A stretch of DNA of 64,000 nucleotides from Scenedesmus sp. PABB004 (lineage: Eukaryota), in contig JABVCE010000049.1 in NCBI GenBank assembly GCA_014905635.1, positions 1 through 64,000 of the forward strand, written 5' to 3'. How positions within the stretch are numbered: the stretch's first letter is position 1; each line of letters begins with the position of its first letter. Below the pieces are notes generated by a model, which was given only the letters and a program-made list of their open reading frames with translations, was not told the DNA's origin and did not search any database. A program made the translations under genes and the position numbers. Shown here in pieces: positions 35,521 to 47,869 of the stretch.

Positions 35521-38500
35521 GTGTGTGTGTGCGGGGGTGCAGGGGGGGGCAGGGGGGGGGGGGGGGGTGCAGGGGGGGAGGGTTGCAGGGGGCAGGGGGT
35601 GCAGGGGCAGGCTCGGCGCGCAACGCGGCGCGCCCCCGCCACCCACCTGCCCACCCACCCACCCACCCACCCCCACCCACCCACCAACCCATCCCGCCCT
35701 CGGCCCCCTGCCTGCCCTCACCGGCCCCCTGCCCTCATGCCGCGTGTGCGCAGGTGTTTGACTTCAAGCTCCGCCACATGCGGGCCGACATCGCCGCGGT
35801 CGAGGCGTCAAACAACGCCCTCGAGCGCACCTCGGCGCACCACGCCGCGCTGCTCGCCCTGCTCGAGCGCCTGCTGGCCCGCCTGCGCCTGCCGGCCGCC
35901 ACCGCGGCCACGCTCGAGGCGCCGCCACTCGACCTCGACGGGTGCGCACCCCGGGGGGGCTCGCCCCCGCCACGCGCGCGGAGGGAGGGAGGAGAGGGCG
36001 GGGGCTCCAGGACGCGCAGAGACAGAGAGAGGGGGGGGGGCTGCCGCCGCGAGCGCAGCCGCCGCACGCCCACGCAACCCCCCCCCCCTCCCGCCAGGCT
36101 GCCCGAGCTGGTCAACGCGGGCTGGGCGCTGAACGCGCAGCGGCGCTGGCTGTCCTGCTCCGGCCCCAACGCGCTGAGCCGCACGCTGGGCGGCATGGCG
36201 GTGGTGGCCGACGCGCGGCAGGCGGTCGACGACCTCGCCGCGCGGTGAGCCCGCCAGCGGCGGCGGCGGCGGCGCGCCGGCCGTCGCGCACGGCAGCTCG
36301 GCAGCGCTCGGCGGCGCTCACCCGCCGCCACCGCCCCTCCGGGGCGCAGGTTTGTGGGCAAGGGCGTGGCCTTTGTGCTGGGCCTGATCGGTCAGCTGCT
36401 CGCGGACGCAGCGGCCGAGGCGGGCCGCGCCGGCGACCGTGAGGCGCCGCGCGGGCGCGGGCGCGGCGGTGCTGCCTGGCGCCGGGCAGCGTTGCTCCTG
36501 CTGGGGCCGGCAGCCCCGCCTCAGCCCCGCCTGAGCCCCGCCACCCGCCCGCCCGCCCGCAGGCGCGGCCAGGGTGCGCCCGCCCGACCGCGCGCGGCTG
36601 CGCGGCGTGCTGTCGCGCGTCGCGCCGCTCATCCAGGTGCTGGCTGTGCTGGAGCCGGCGGCGCTGCAGCCGGTGCAGCAGCACGCCGCGGCCGAGGTCA
36701 ACGCCCTGCTGCGGCGCGAGCTGCGCACCGCGGGCGCTGAGCTGCGGCGCGCCGCGGCGGCGGAGCTGGCCGCCAACGGCGCCGGCGGCGCGGCCGGCGC
36801 GGACGGGGACTACAGCCTCGTCCGGGAGCGCGGCGGCGCCGCCGGCGGCGCGGCGCCAAGGTGGGCGGGCGGCGCGGAGCGGCGCGCGCAGGCGCAAGGC
36901 CGCAGCCCGCCGCGCAGCTCGTGCCAGTGTCCACCCCCTCCCCGCGCCCGCGCACCCGCAGCAAGCGCCCCCGCGCGTGTCCCTGGGAAGCGCGAGTGGC
37001 GCCGGCAGCGACAGCGCGAGCGACTGGGCGGACCCCGCCGAGCTGCTGGGCGGCGGCGCCGGCGGGCAGGGCGCCGCCAAGCGCGCGGCCTTCCTGGACG
37101 GTGCGGCGCGTGCTGGCCGCAGCGACGGAGCAGCACGCGCCCGGTCGCTGCCGCTCTCTTGCCCAGCGCCCCACGGCCCCGCGCCCGCGTGCCCCCCCCT
37201 CCCCCGCCCTCCCGCTCCCGTGCGCCCCGCCGCAGGCTCGTCCCCCGGGCTGCCCCTGACCGAGGCGTGGGCGATGCTCGGCGACTTCCTGCCCGCCCTC
37301 GCCGACGAGGCAGAGCGCTGGGCGGACCTCCTCGCCGCGTACAGGCGCGCCCGCACGCAGCGCAGCGCGCAGCACGCGCACGGTGGCGGCGCCGTCCGGT
37401 GAGCCCGGCCGGCCCTGCCCGCGCGCGCGCGCGCGCGTGCCGCCGGCGCACACGCACAGGGGCGACGAGGAGCAGCTGCACGACGGGCCTGCCGCCGCCG
37501 GCGACGCGAGCGACGCCGCCGACGATGCCGCGGCCGGCGGTGGCCTGCGCGCGCGGCACCGCCAGCGGCGGGGCGACGACGGGGCGTGCGCGCTGGTGGC
37601 GCTGTGTCGCGCGCCCGGCACGCCGCTGTCGCCTGGCGGGGCGAGGGCGCTGCAGGCGATGATGGCCGGCCTGGACCCGGAGTTCCTGGTGCGCGCAACG
37701 GCGGGCGCATGGGCGCGCCGCCGCCGCGGCCCAGCTGCGGCCCCGGCCGCTCGCCGCGTGCGTGGCTGTGGCGCTCGCCCCGACCCCGACCCCGCCGCGC
37801 CACGCCGCGCGCAGGCCCTGGCCGAACTGGCCGGCAAGAGCCACCAAGTGCTGCTGCTGCCGCTGCTGGGCGCGTCGCGGGCATGGCACGCGCAGCTGGC
37901 GCAACGGCCCGCCGCCGCGCCGCTGGCCGCGCTCGCGGGCGGCCTGGCCGGGCGGCTGGCGGCGCAGTGGGGCGCTTTCGTGTCGTCCCAGGTCGCCGCT
38001 GCAGAGGCGTACGACCCGCGGCGCCAGATGGGCCTGCAGCAGGGTGCGGCGCGCGCGCCCGCGCTTGCCGCCGCCGCTGCGGCTGCGCACCCGCGCCCGC
38101 GCCTGGGCCCGCGCGCCACGCCCGAGCGCCCCGAACGCCCGCGGACGCCTCGCTCGCGCGCGGCAGGCGTGAAGCACGTGCACGTGCTGCCGCTGGTGAG
38201 CCAGCTGTGCCTCCTGGCGCACGACCTGGAGCTGGTGCTCGCGGACGCGCCGCGCGTCAACGCGGCGGGGGCGGGCGGCAAGGCGGCGGCGGACGCGGCG
38301 CGCAGCGTGCGCGCAGGTGCGCGCGCGGCGGCGGGCGCGCCGCGGCGTACCGCGCGCGGGTGGGTGGCTCCCCCACCCCGCCCGCGTGCTGTGTGCGCAC
38401 GCATGCGCCCACGCCCCCCCCCCCTTCCCCACACCCCACACCCCAACCCGACCCACACACACACAAAACCCACGCCAGAGGCGGACGCCGCGTACGGCGC

Positions 38501-39483
38501 GCTGCTGCCGGCGGCGCTGTCGCGCCTGGAGCGCCTCGCGGGCAGTGACCCCAAGTACGGGGAGCGGCTGCGCCTGGAGAACTACGCCTTCCTGGGCGCC
38601 AGCCTCGCCCCCCTCGCGGCCGCGACGCCCGCGCTGCAGCACCACTGGCAGGCGCGGCGGCGCGGGGGTTGGTGGGCGGGGGCAGGGGGGCAGGGGGGGG
38701 TCCCCGCCGCGCTGCCGCCCGGCAGCACCCCCCCCCCCCCCGCCGCACAAACGCGCGCGCCCCAACGCACGCGGGCGGCGCCGCGTCCGCAGGCGTGCGA
38801 GTCTCGGCGCAAGGCGGCGCTGGCGGCGTATGTGGGCGAGCAGCTGGTGGCGAGCAAGTTCTGGCGGCTGCTGGAGTTTGGGGACCGCCTCGACAAGCTG
38901 CTCCAGGCGCGCGCAAGGGGAAAGGGGGAGCAAGAGAGGGGGGGGAGTGGCGGCCGCCCCGGCGCCGCGCCATGCAGCTGCGGCGTTACACCCCTCTCCC
39001 CCCCTTGGACGCACGCTGCGCCGCGCTGCTCGCGCCAGGTCGTGTCGCCGCCGGAGGTTGCCTTCCAGAAGGACTGCTCCGCCGCAGAGGTGCGCGGGCT
39101 CATGCGCGCGACGATGGACGGCACCGACAAGAAGCTGGAGGCCATGGTCACGCGCCTGCGCAAGCACCTCGGCGCGGGGCGCCTCTTTGGCGTGGCCTGG
39201 GGCGCGGTCAAGGAGGCGCTCCTCGTGCGGTGCGTGGCGCGGGACGAGCCGGCCCGCCGGCGGCAGCGCGTGCACGTCGCGCCCCCTCGCCGCGAGGCGT
39301 GCGCGCTCTCGTGCTCACACGTCTTGCCCCCTCTCCTCCGCGCGCCGCGTCGCCCCCCCCCCCCCCCCGCCGCGTAGCTACGAGCACCTGGAGGAGCTGC
39401 TTGAGGCGTGCTACCCCACCACGCCGCTGCGCCCGGCGCCCGAGGAGATCAAGGAGCTCTTCAGGGCGACCAGCGCGGGCTGA
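33844..39483 (+). CDS. SEC3: Exocyst complex component SEC3, about 20 exons
   Basis: LVSDKEAAELEELL...EAFAAALQ|EEACALEAANVHAML, VFDFKLRHMRADIAAVEASNNALE, DPKYGERLRLENYAFL, VAFQKDCS, KKLEAMVTRLRKHL, YEHLEELLEACYP resemble plant Sec3. Confidence 0.9.
35444..35530 (+). repeat. (GT)n microsatellite starting at a SEC3 splice donor
   Basis: aag|gtgtgt... about 38 perfect units plus a short extension, followed by G-run and C-run tracts. Confidence 0.95.
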
Positions 39484-40371
39484 CGCAGGCAGCTGGCCGG
39501 CACGTGCACCCCGCGTGTGCCGCGCTATTTGAGCCGCTGCGCCGGCATAGCAGCACCCCCGCGGATGGCACAACGCTGCCCGTACGTGTGTGTTGCCTTG
39601 CGCAAGAAGGTGTTCAGGGTTACGTTCGCGCCCGGCAGGCGCCCCGACGTTTTTTTGGTTTTTTTTTGTGTTACAATGGGTGACCAGACAAGGACCGAGG
39701 CCCATGGGCAGCCCATTGAAAAAATCTCCAACGGGAAGAGCGCAGCAACCCCTCGTGAAAAACCGCGCCCCGGCGCCCCCCGAGAGGGGGCCCACACATC
39801 ACCCAACGGCACAGCCAGAGGCCAACGCCCAACGGGCGCCCAAGGAGACCAGGTGATGCCCCGCAATCAAAGGGGCAGCAGCAGATCAGGCCGCACACCC
39901 CCCTTCCGGTGCGGCGAGCCGCACCGGGCATCGGTGCAGCGAGGTGCACCGGCTCCAAGCCTCCGCGCAGAGATCACGCGCAAACGCCATCCACGCTGGC
40001 GGCGGCAGGGGCCGGCCTCAGCGGCATCAGCCCCCGCGCCGCGCGACGACACACGCACACACCAGGGGGCAGCAGTTGGCTTTGCTGCAAAAACCCCTGA
40101 GAAAGCCGCGCTGCCGCCCCACCGGGCAGCACGCCAAGCCGCCGCGCACGGAGCGTGTGCAGCCGCCAAACACGCCGGCGGCGCCAGGGGCCGGCCCCAT
40201 CGGCTGCAGCCCCCTCGCCGCGCGACAACAAACACGCAAACACCAGCCCCGCGGCACGGGCGGACACCGCCCAACCTTGCACGCTGCAGAAGAGGCGCGA
40301 CACGCAGCCAGCCGGGGTCGCAGCAAGCCCGGCCGCGGACCCCCCCGGCCCCTGCAGCTAGCCGCCGCGCT

Positions 40372-40402
<31 letters not shown>

Positions 40403-40411
40403 GGGGTCCTG

Positions 40412-40712
40412 TGTTGAAGGTCCTGGGCTGTCTGGTCTGCTTGCAGGCCAGCCCGCTGCAGCAGCAGCGCCCTCGCGCGCCCACGCGTGCGCGCGTGCGC
40501 TGCCTGAGCTGTTTCAGCTAGAGTTTCACTGCGAGAGCCGGGGGGCTCAGAACTCCAGTGGAGTACACACCATCGTGAGCAGAAGGGTGAACACGAGAAG
40601 TTCCCAGCCTGCCGCGTGCCCTATAAAGGCTCCGCGTGCCACTGGCGCTTGTAACGAAGCACTCTGCCGCACCCAATCAGCGCTCTCGCGATCACAACAC
40701 CACCGCGCAACA
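40412..40712 (+). repeat. 5' LTR, Copia family 1
   Basis: TG...CA ends; TATAAA at about 40622; TGTAA at about 40650. Confidence 0.95.
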
Positions 40713-40727
40713 GGTTATGAGCCCATC
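40713..40727 (+). promoter_or_regulatory. Primer-binding site complementary to the initiator-Met tRNA anticodon arm (half-tRNA priming)
   Basis: GGTTATGAGCCCATC directly after the LTR; the GGTTATGAGCCC type is known from Ty5- and Osser-like Copia elements. Confidence 0.85.
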
Positions 40728-41215
40728 CCGGCTCTGACCTTCACGCTCCATCCGCTGCGCCACCCCGGTGGTTCATCGCATCGAGACGCTCTCTGCTTTC
40801 GTTCCGTGCGTCAGCGCCAAGTCTGCGACACCGCGCGAAGCCGGCAAGCCCAGCCATCTGCTGCGGCCCGAGTCCGAGCTTCGAGGGGACGCCCTCCAGC
40901 GCTCCGTGTCTTCCAGACGCGCTTTGGTGACTCAGCTGAGTCGCTCACGCACGCGCGCACCGCCCCGGCAAGGCGGTAGCCTGACAGCAGCAGCCGGCAT
41001 CCTTGCCTGCCGCGTGAGCTGCCCCTGTGCAGCCCGCGAGCGCCGCGCCACGCGCGTCAGTTCAGCGGTTTGAAGCAGCTCTCATCGCGGCGCGCGCCGC
41101 GTGTACTCGAGCGCTTCCACTCAAGTCTTCGCCGCACTGCTCTGCCCGCCCGCAGGCGCCTACGGACTACGGACGCGCCCGGGCCACGGCTGCAGTCCTA
41201 CAGGCTACAGACATC

Positions 41216-44200
41216 ATGGCCGATCCAGAGGGTGTAGCCCTGGGTCGAGCCGGGGCACCGCTCGCCCCCAACGCTGCGGACATGGCGGCCGACCAGCGGG
41301 CCTACGTCGCCACCGTCACGCGCAAGCCCAACCCGACGATCCTCGCTGACGACGGCAGCAACTTCTTCGAGTGGCAGGACGAGCGCCACGGGGAGCTCAT
41401 CATGCACAACCTCGAGGCCGTGCTCACCGACCCCGACCACCCGGCGTCGGTGCGCATCCACGCCGCCCTCAAGACCACCGTGAGCGCCGTCGTCAAGGGC
41501 GAGTTCCACACGTACCGGACCACTGCCGACGTGTGGGCTGCGCTCGAGGAGCAGAACGCTGAGATCGCCTCCGCGCGCACCGGCGACTCCCTCGAGCAGC
41601 TCGCGACCATCACCTTCAACCCGAGCTCCGGCATGCCCGACTACATCAAGCGCGCCAAGGCCCTGCGCACCAAGCTCGCCAAGGTGGACTTCCAGGTCGA
41701 GGACCACATCATGATCACCCACCTGCTGCGGGGGCTCCGGCGCGCGCCAGAGTACACCTTCACCTGCGAGTCGATCGGGAAAGACCTCGCCCGTGGGCAG
41801 ATTACGCTGCAGGAGGTGTACCAGACCCTCCTCCGCAAGAACGCCTGGGACGGCAACGACGGCGACTCCTCCTCCTCCAAGGGCTACGCTGGCAACCGCG
41901 CGCTCTACGCCGCTGCTGAGCACGGCGGCGGCGGCCGGCTGTTCCGGCCCGCGCCCGCCGGCGCCGGCGGCGGCGGCGGCGGCAACGCCGCTAGCCGCGC
42001 GCCCAAGCTCTTCTGCAACTACTGCAGGAAGATCGGCCACACCAAGGACCAGTGCCGCAAGCTCAAGAACAAGCCCGGCGGCCCGCCCGGCGGCCCGCCC
42101 GGCGGCGGCGCGCCCGGCAGCGGCCCGCCCAACGGCGGCGCGTCCGGCGGCGCGCCCGGGGTAGCGGCCCCTCGGGCGGCGGCCACGCGCGCGGCGGCTT
42201 CTCCAAGTTCAACGGCCAGAGCGGCAAGAGCAGCCACGGCGGCAACCACGGCGGCGGCGGCAACAACGCCGGCCTCAACGTGGCGTGGATGGCGACGGGC
42301 GTCGCGCCCGCGCCGCGCGACGACCGCGAGTGGTTCACCGACTCCGGCGCGACGCAGCACATGTGCTGCAGCCGGGAGGCCTTCTTTGAGCTCCGGCCGA
42401 GCGGCGGCGTGGTGCACACCGCGAGCGGCGAGACCATCGAGATCAAGGGCATCGGGAACATCTTCATCACCATCCCCAACGAGCGCGTGTTTGCGCTCTT
42501 CAACGTGCTCTACGTGCCCGAGCTCGCCGCCAACCTGCTCTCCCTGTCCAAGGTCACCGACATGGGCTACAGCGTCATGATGAAGGGCGCGGCGACCCTC
42601 ATCTACAGCGACGACGACATGCTGCCCGTGCTGCGCGCGCAGCGCAGCGCCAACGGCGTGTGCAGCTTCATCTGCGACTACGTCCCGTCGCTCGAGAACC
42701 TCAAGAGCCTCTGCTACGAGCCCGTCAGCCTGCTCACGCTCCACGACACCGAGAGCGAGTGCCGCCTCTGGCACGCGCGCTACGGCCACGCCGGCTGCGA
42801 CCGCATCGCGCGGATCGCGCGCGACGACCTGGCCGTCAACTTCCCGCTGTCTGCCTCCACGGTCAAGGACTACGGCGCCTCCCACATCTGCCCTACCTGC
42901 GCCATGGTCAAGTCCAGCGAGCGGCCCTTCAAGCCGACCGGCCCCAACAACTTTGGGCCAGGTGAGCTGCTGCACACCGATGTCGGCGACACCGGCGTAC
43001 GCTCAGCCGGCGGCAGCCGCTACTACGTCACTCTGATCGACGACGCGACGGGCTTCTCCTTCTTCGTGCCGCTGGCCTCCAAGAGCTACGTGACGAGCTT
43101 CCTCAAAGAGACCATTCCTTTGATCGAGACCGCGACCGGCAACCGTGTCAAGGTGCTGCGCTCGGACAATGGAGGCGAGTACAACTCCACCGAGCTGCAC
43201 GCCTGCCTCGCCACCAAGGGCATCAGCCACCAGTTCACCACGCCCTACAGCCCCGCCTCCAACGGCAAGGCTGAGCGGCTCAACCGCACGCTGCGCGAGA
43301 GCGCCGTCGCGATGCTCAAGGCGGCGGGCCTGCCCAAGACCGTGTGGGCTGAGGCCTTCCACACCGCCAACTTTCTGCGCAACGTGCTGCCCACGGACGG
43401 CAAGTCCAAGACGCCGTGGGAGCTCTTCTTTGGCACCAAGCCCGACGCCTCGCGCCTGCGCGTGTTTGGCTGCCGCGCCTACGTGCACACGCCTGCCGCG
43501 CTGCGTACCAAGCTGGAGCCCAGCGCTCAGCCCGGCGTGTTCCTCGGCTACCCCTCCTTTGGTGTGAGCACCACCGACGGCTGGCGCGTGCGGCTCGACA
43601 ACGGCAAGACCGTGACCTCTCGCCACGTCCGCTTCGACGAGTCTGACCTGCCCGGCCGCGCGCGCACGACTGCCGGCGCGACCGACGCCAACCTGGTGAG
43701 CTCCCCCCCGAGCTCGCCGCTCGTGATCGGCAGCGGAGTGCCGCTCCTGCCCGCAGACAACACCGGCACTGGTGGCTCTCTCAGCCCCAGCAGCTCAGGC
43801 GCTGCTGCCGGCGATGCTGGCGACGCTGGCGACGCTGCCGGCGACCCTGGCGACGCTGGCGACACTGCCGGCGCGCTTTGCAGCAGCGAGTCAGGCAACC
43901 TGAGCAGCATCAGCAGCTACAGCAGCGCCAGCGACTCATTTGTCAGCGCTGGCGACTCATTTGGCGACTCGGGCGACAGCCCTGGTCCGGCGCCCAGCAG
44001 CTCGGGGCACTCGCCCAGCAGCGGCGGCAACGCAGCGAGGCTGATTCCTGGGCAGTCGCTGGTCACGGCGCCCAGGCGCAGCGCGCGCATCGCCGCGCGG
44101 TCTGCAGTTCCTGTGCAGCCGCCTGCGATTCCTGGGCAGCCGCGCGCCGACGCCTTCCCTGTGGTGGAGCAGCCGCAGAGCGCGCTGCTCACCACCGACA

Positions 44201-45762
44201 CGTCTGGCAGCAGCATCGTCGAGCCTACCAGCTACGACGAGGCCATCAACTCCCCGCAGGCGGCAGACTGGATCGCCGCCATGGCTGAGGAGCTGGCCTC
44301 TCTCCACGCCAACTGTACGTGGGAGCTGCAGACCAAGCCGCCCGGGGTCAAGGCCATCCCATGCAAGTGGGTCTTCACGCTCAAGCGCGACGCCGCCGGC
44401 AACATCGAGCGCTTCAAGGCGCGGCTGGTCATCAAGGGCTTTTACCAGCGCGCCGGCATCGACTACAACGACGTGTTCAGCCCCGTCATCAAGTACCAGA
44501 CCTTCCGCGCGCTGATGGCCGCCGCGGCCGCGCACGACTGGGAGGTCAGGCACTTGGACATCAAGACTGCCTTCCTCAACGGCCACCTTGAAGAAGAGGT
44601 GTGGATGCAGCAGCCACCCGGCTCTGGTGAGCACGGCTCTGTGCTCGCCTGCCGCCTGCGGCGCTCGCTCTACGGCCTCAAGCAGGCGCCGCGCGTGTGG
44701 AACCAGCGGCTGCACGCCGAGCTGGTTGCCATGGGCTTTGCCCAGACCGCGGCTGACCCCTGCGTGTACTACCTCTACAAGGAGGGCTCCTTCATCATCC
44801 TGCTCGTTTACGTCGACGACATCCTGGTCGTCACGCCGCACGCTGACCTGGCCGCGCGCTTCACCGCGCGCCTGCTCAACGCGTTCGAGGGCCGCGACCT
44901 CGGCCCCGCGAGCTGTTTCCTCGGCATGACCATCGAGCGCAACCGCGCCGCGCGCACCATGAAGCTCTGCAACCCGAGGCTGATCTACGGGATGCTGGAG
45001 CGCTTTGACATGGGCGACGTTAAGCCCCGCGGCCTGCCCATGCAGGCGGGCCTGCACCTCTCCAACACCAGCGGCGAGCCCCTCAACACTGAGGAGTTCC
45101 ACTACTCTGCGCTGGTCGGCGCTGCTATGTACCTCGCCACCTCGTTGCGCCCCGACATCGCGCACACTGCGAGCGTGCTGGCGCGTTTCATGGCCAAGCC
45201 CACCATCGTGCACTGGCAGGCAGCCAAGGGGCTGCTGCGATATCTCGCAGGCACGGCTGAGCTGGGCATCAACTACTCGGGCGGCCCCGCGGGCCTGCAC
45301 CTGGTCGGTTACACCGACGCAGACTACGCGGGCTGCCCCGACACGCGCCGCTCCACCTCCGCCTTTGTGTTCACCATGGGCGGCGGCGCTGTCTCCTGGT
45401 GCAGCCAGCGGCAGAAGACCGTCTCGGTCTCCACGGCCGAGGCTGAGTATGTGGCTGCCGCTGCCGCGGTCAAAGAGGCCCTTTGGCTGCGCAACCTGCT
45501 GCGTGAGCTGGGCTCGCGCAACGCCAACACCATCAGCATCTGGGCCGACAACCAAGCAGCCATCAAGCTGCTGCACAACCCTATCAGCTCAGCCCGCACC
45601 AAGCACATTGACGTCGCATACTGCTTTGCGCGCGAGCGCGTCGTGCGCGGGGAGGTGAGCTTTGCCTATCTGCCAACCGCTGACATGGTCGCCGATGTGC
45701 TGACCAAGGGGCTGCCCGAGGTCAAGCACAAGGCGTGCTGCGCGGGCATGGGCATGGGCTAG
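41216..45762 (+). CDS. Copia gag-pol polyprotein with one frameshift at about 42160
   Basis: Gag knuckle CNYCRKIGHTKDQC; protease WFTDSGATQHM; integrase LWHARYGH...CPTC, LHTDV, RSDNGGEY, NGKAERLNRTL; RT LDIKTAFLNG, SLYGLKQAPR, YVDDIL; RNase H YTDADYA, STAEAEY, DNQAAI, ADVLTKGL. Pol lies in the -1 frame relative to gag. Confidence 0.92.
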
Positions 45763-45878
45763 GGGCATCGCGTGTGCGTGGGAGCTGTGCAAACTGCTTC
45801 GCGCGCTGCGTGGTGTGTGTTGGTTGATTACACTCACTTCTCTCGTGCGTGCTGCCTGCAATGCAGCCCACGTGGGAG

Positions 45879-46179
45879 TGTTGAAGGTCCTGGGCTGTCT
45901 GGTCTGCTTGCAGGCCAGCCCGCTGCAGCAGCAGCGCCCTCGCGCGCCCACGCGTGCGCGCGTGCGCTGCCTGAGCTGTTTCAGCTAGAGTTTCACTGCG
46001 AGAGCCGGGGGGCTCAGAACTCCAGTGGAGTACACACCATCGTGAGCAGAAGGGTGAACACGAGAAGTTCCCAGCCTGCCGCGTGCCCTATAAAGGCTCC
46101 GCGTGCCACTGGCGCTTGTAACGAAGCACTCTGCCGCACCCAATCAGCGCTCTCGCGATCACAACACCACCGCGCAACA
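45879..46179 (+). repeat. 3' LTR, Copia family 1
   Basis: Direct repeat of 40412-40712. Confidence 0.95.
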
Positions 46180-47374
46180 TCCTGCGCCGCCGGCGGGGCC
46201 AGCGCCGGCGCCGCCGGCAGCGCCGGCACGCCCGCTGCGGTGAGCCGGAACTCCATTGTGAAGCGGCCCCCGTGCTGGCCCGTGCGCGCGATGACCCCCC
46301 GGTGGCACCACCGGCGTTCGAAATCTGCCTGAGTGAGCTGCTTGCCGGAGCCCGACAGCCAGGAGCGCGGCACGCCCGCCAGCGCGCGCACGTCCATCGC
46401 TGCCTTGCGCCAGTCCAGCACGACTGCGTCGCGCACCGAGTACACAAAGATGCGAATCGCCGCCACAGGCGCGTGCCCGGGCTGGCCGCCACCGTGCCGC
46501 GCGCGCGCGGCGAGCAGGGCGCGCAGCAGCAGCAGGCGGAGGTGCGTCCAGAGCTGCTGCAGCTCCGGCGCGACGCCCGACCTGGCAAAGTCGTCCGCCA
46601 GCATCACCCTGGGCGGGGGCGGCGCGCGCGGGAAGCCCGGCTGCAGCCGCGCCCAGAGGTGAGCAAACCACTGCAGCACCGCCGCCGCCACGGGGCAGCC
46701 GCCGAGGACGTGGCCGAGCGTCTCCAGCGGCGGCTGCTGCTGCGCGCGGCAGAGCGGGTGCGGGCACGCCAGCTCCGCCAGCTCCGGCGCCGCGCGCTGG
46801 TAAGAGAAGACCCTGTCGCCGCTGACGCGCACCCCGCCGTGCAGCAGGCTCCAGCCAAAGTGTCGCAGGGCGCGCGGCATGCGCGCCTGCTGCGCGCGCG
46901 CGTAGCAGGCGGCCCAGGCGGGCGGCTCCGCGCGCTCGCCGGCGCGCGGCGGCGCAGTCGCACCAGTGAGCGGGTCGACGAGGTCGTTGGCCGCCGGCTC
47001 CCGAACCAGGGTCCTGCGCTGCTCCAGCTGCTGCTCCCGCCGCTGCTCCTGCTCCTCGCGCCGCGCCGCGGCGGCAGCGGCCGCCGCCGGCCCGACGCGC
47101 TCCATGACGTGGCGCCGCGGGGGCGAGACTTTCTGCCACGCCGGCAGCCCAGGCTCCGGGTCTGGCGTCTCGGCTCGCTGCCGCTCCGCCCAGCTGCGCT
47201 TCTGGCCCGCCTCCCGCCGCGCGATGGCGCTGGCCGGGCATGCCTGGCCGTAGCCGGCGCGCCAGAGGCCCGGCACGCAGCCAACGCCGGGCGTCCAGCC
47301 CCCTGCCGGCGTGACCTCGCGCGCGCAGCGCAGCTGCAGCAGCCGCAGGGTCGCGCCGCGCACCGTAAACTGCA

Positions 47375-47581
47375 TTTTTTTTTATTTTTTTTTGGTTACA
47401 ATGGGTGACCAGACAAGGACCGAGGCCCAGGGGCAGCCCATTGAAAAAAACTCCAACGGGAAGAGCGCAGCAACCCCTCGTGAAAAACCGCGCCCCGGCG
47501 CCCCCCGAGAGGGGGCCCACACATCACCCAACGGCACAGCCAGAGGCCAACGCCCAACGGGCGCCCAAGGAGACCAGGTGA
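47375..47581 (-). mobile_element. L1 3'-end fragment B (about 185 nt plus poly(A))
   Basis: Matches 39670-39857; its T-run abuts the truncated 5' end of copy A. Confidence 0.9.
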
Positions 47582-47660
47582 TTTTTATTTTTTTTTGTTA
47601 CAACGGGTGACCAGACAAGGACCGAGGCCCAGGGGCAGCCCATTGAAAAAAACTCCAACG
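47582..47660 (-). mobile_element. L1 3'-end fragment C (about 65 nt plus poly(A))
   Basis: Matches 39670-39733; its T-run abuts the 5' end of fragment B. Confidence 0.88.
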
Positions 47661-47869
47661 GCTGCCCCTTTGATTGCGGGGCATCACCTGGTCTCCTTGG
47701 GCGCCCGTTGGGCGTTGGCCTCTGGCTGTGCCGTTGGGTGATGTGTGTGGCCCCTCTCGGGGGGCGCCGGGGCGCGGTTTTTCACGAGGGGTTGCTGCGC
47801 TCTTCCCGTTGGAGTTTTTTTCAATGGGCTGCCCATGGGCCTCGGTCCTTGTCTGGTCACCCATTGTAA

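Larger units (their letters stand above)
40412..46179 (+). mobile_element. Full-length Ty1/Copia LTR retrotransposon (family 1)
   Basis: 301-bp LTRs TGTTG...CAACA at 40412-40712 and 45879-46179, identical by eye; 5-bp TSD TCCTG (40407-40411 and 46180-46184); PBS GGTTATGAGCCC at 40713; short PPT cgtgggag; domain order gag-PR-IN-RT-RH. Confidence 0.97.
39650..47374 (-). mobile_element. 5'-truncated L1/Tx1-type non-LTR retrotransposon (copy A), split by a Copia insertion
   Basis: ORF2 C-terminus at 47374-46180 with FGWSLLHG and the CCHC motif CPHPLC...ETLGHVLGGC. Removing the Copia restores ...[22 protein letters not shown] (stop 40358-40360). 3' UTR of about 690 nt, TGTAA at 39671-39675, poly(A) tail at 39650-39668. 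Confidence 0.85.

Noticed and set aside
19400..39400. Many overlapping Arg/Ala/Pro-rich ORFs
   Set aside because: Expected in very GC-rich DNA; the real coding signal is explained by the spliced genes listed.
46014..47375. 453-aa ORF as an independent gene
   Set aside because: It is a LINE ORF2 remnant; its ATG is formed by the last A of the neighbouring poly(A) tail and its last 55 or so codons run into the antisense Copia LTR.
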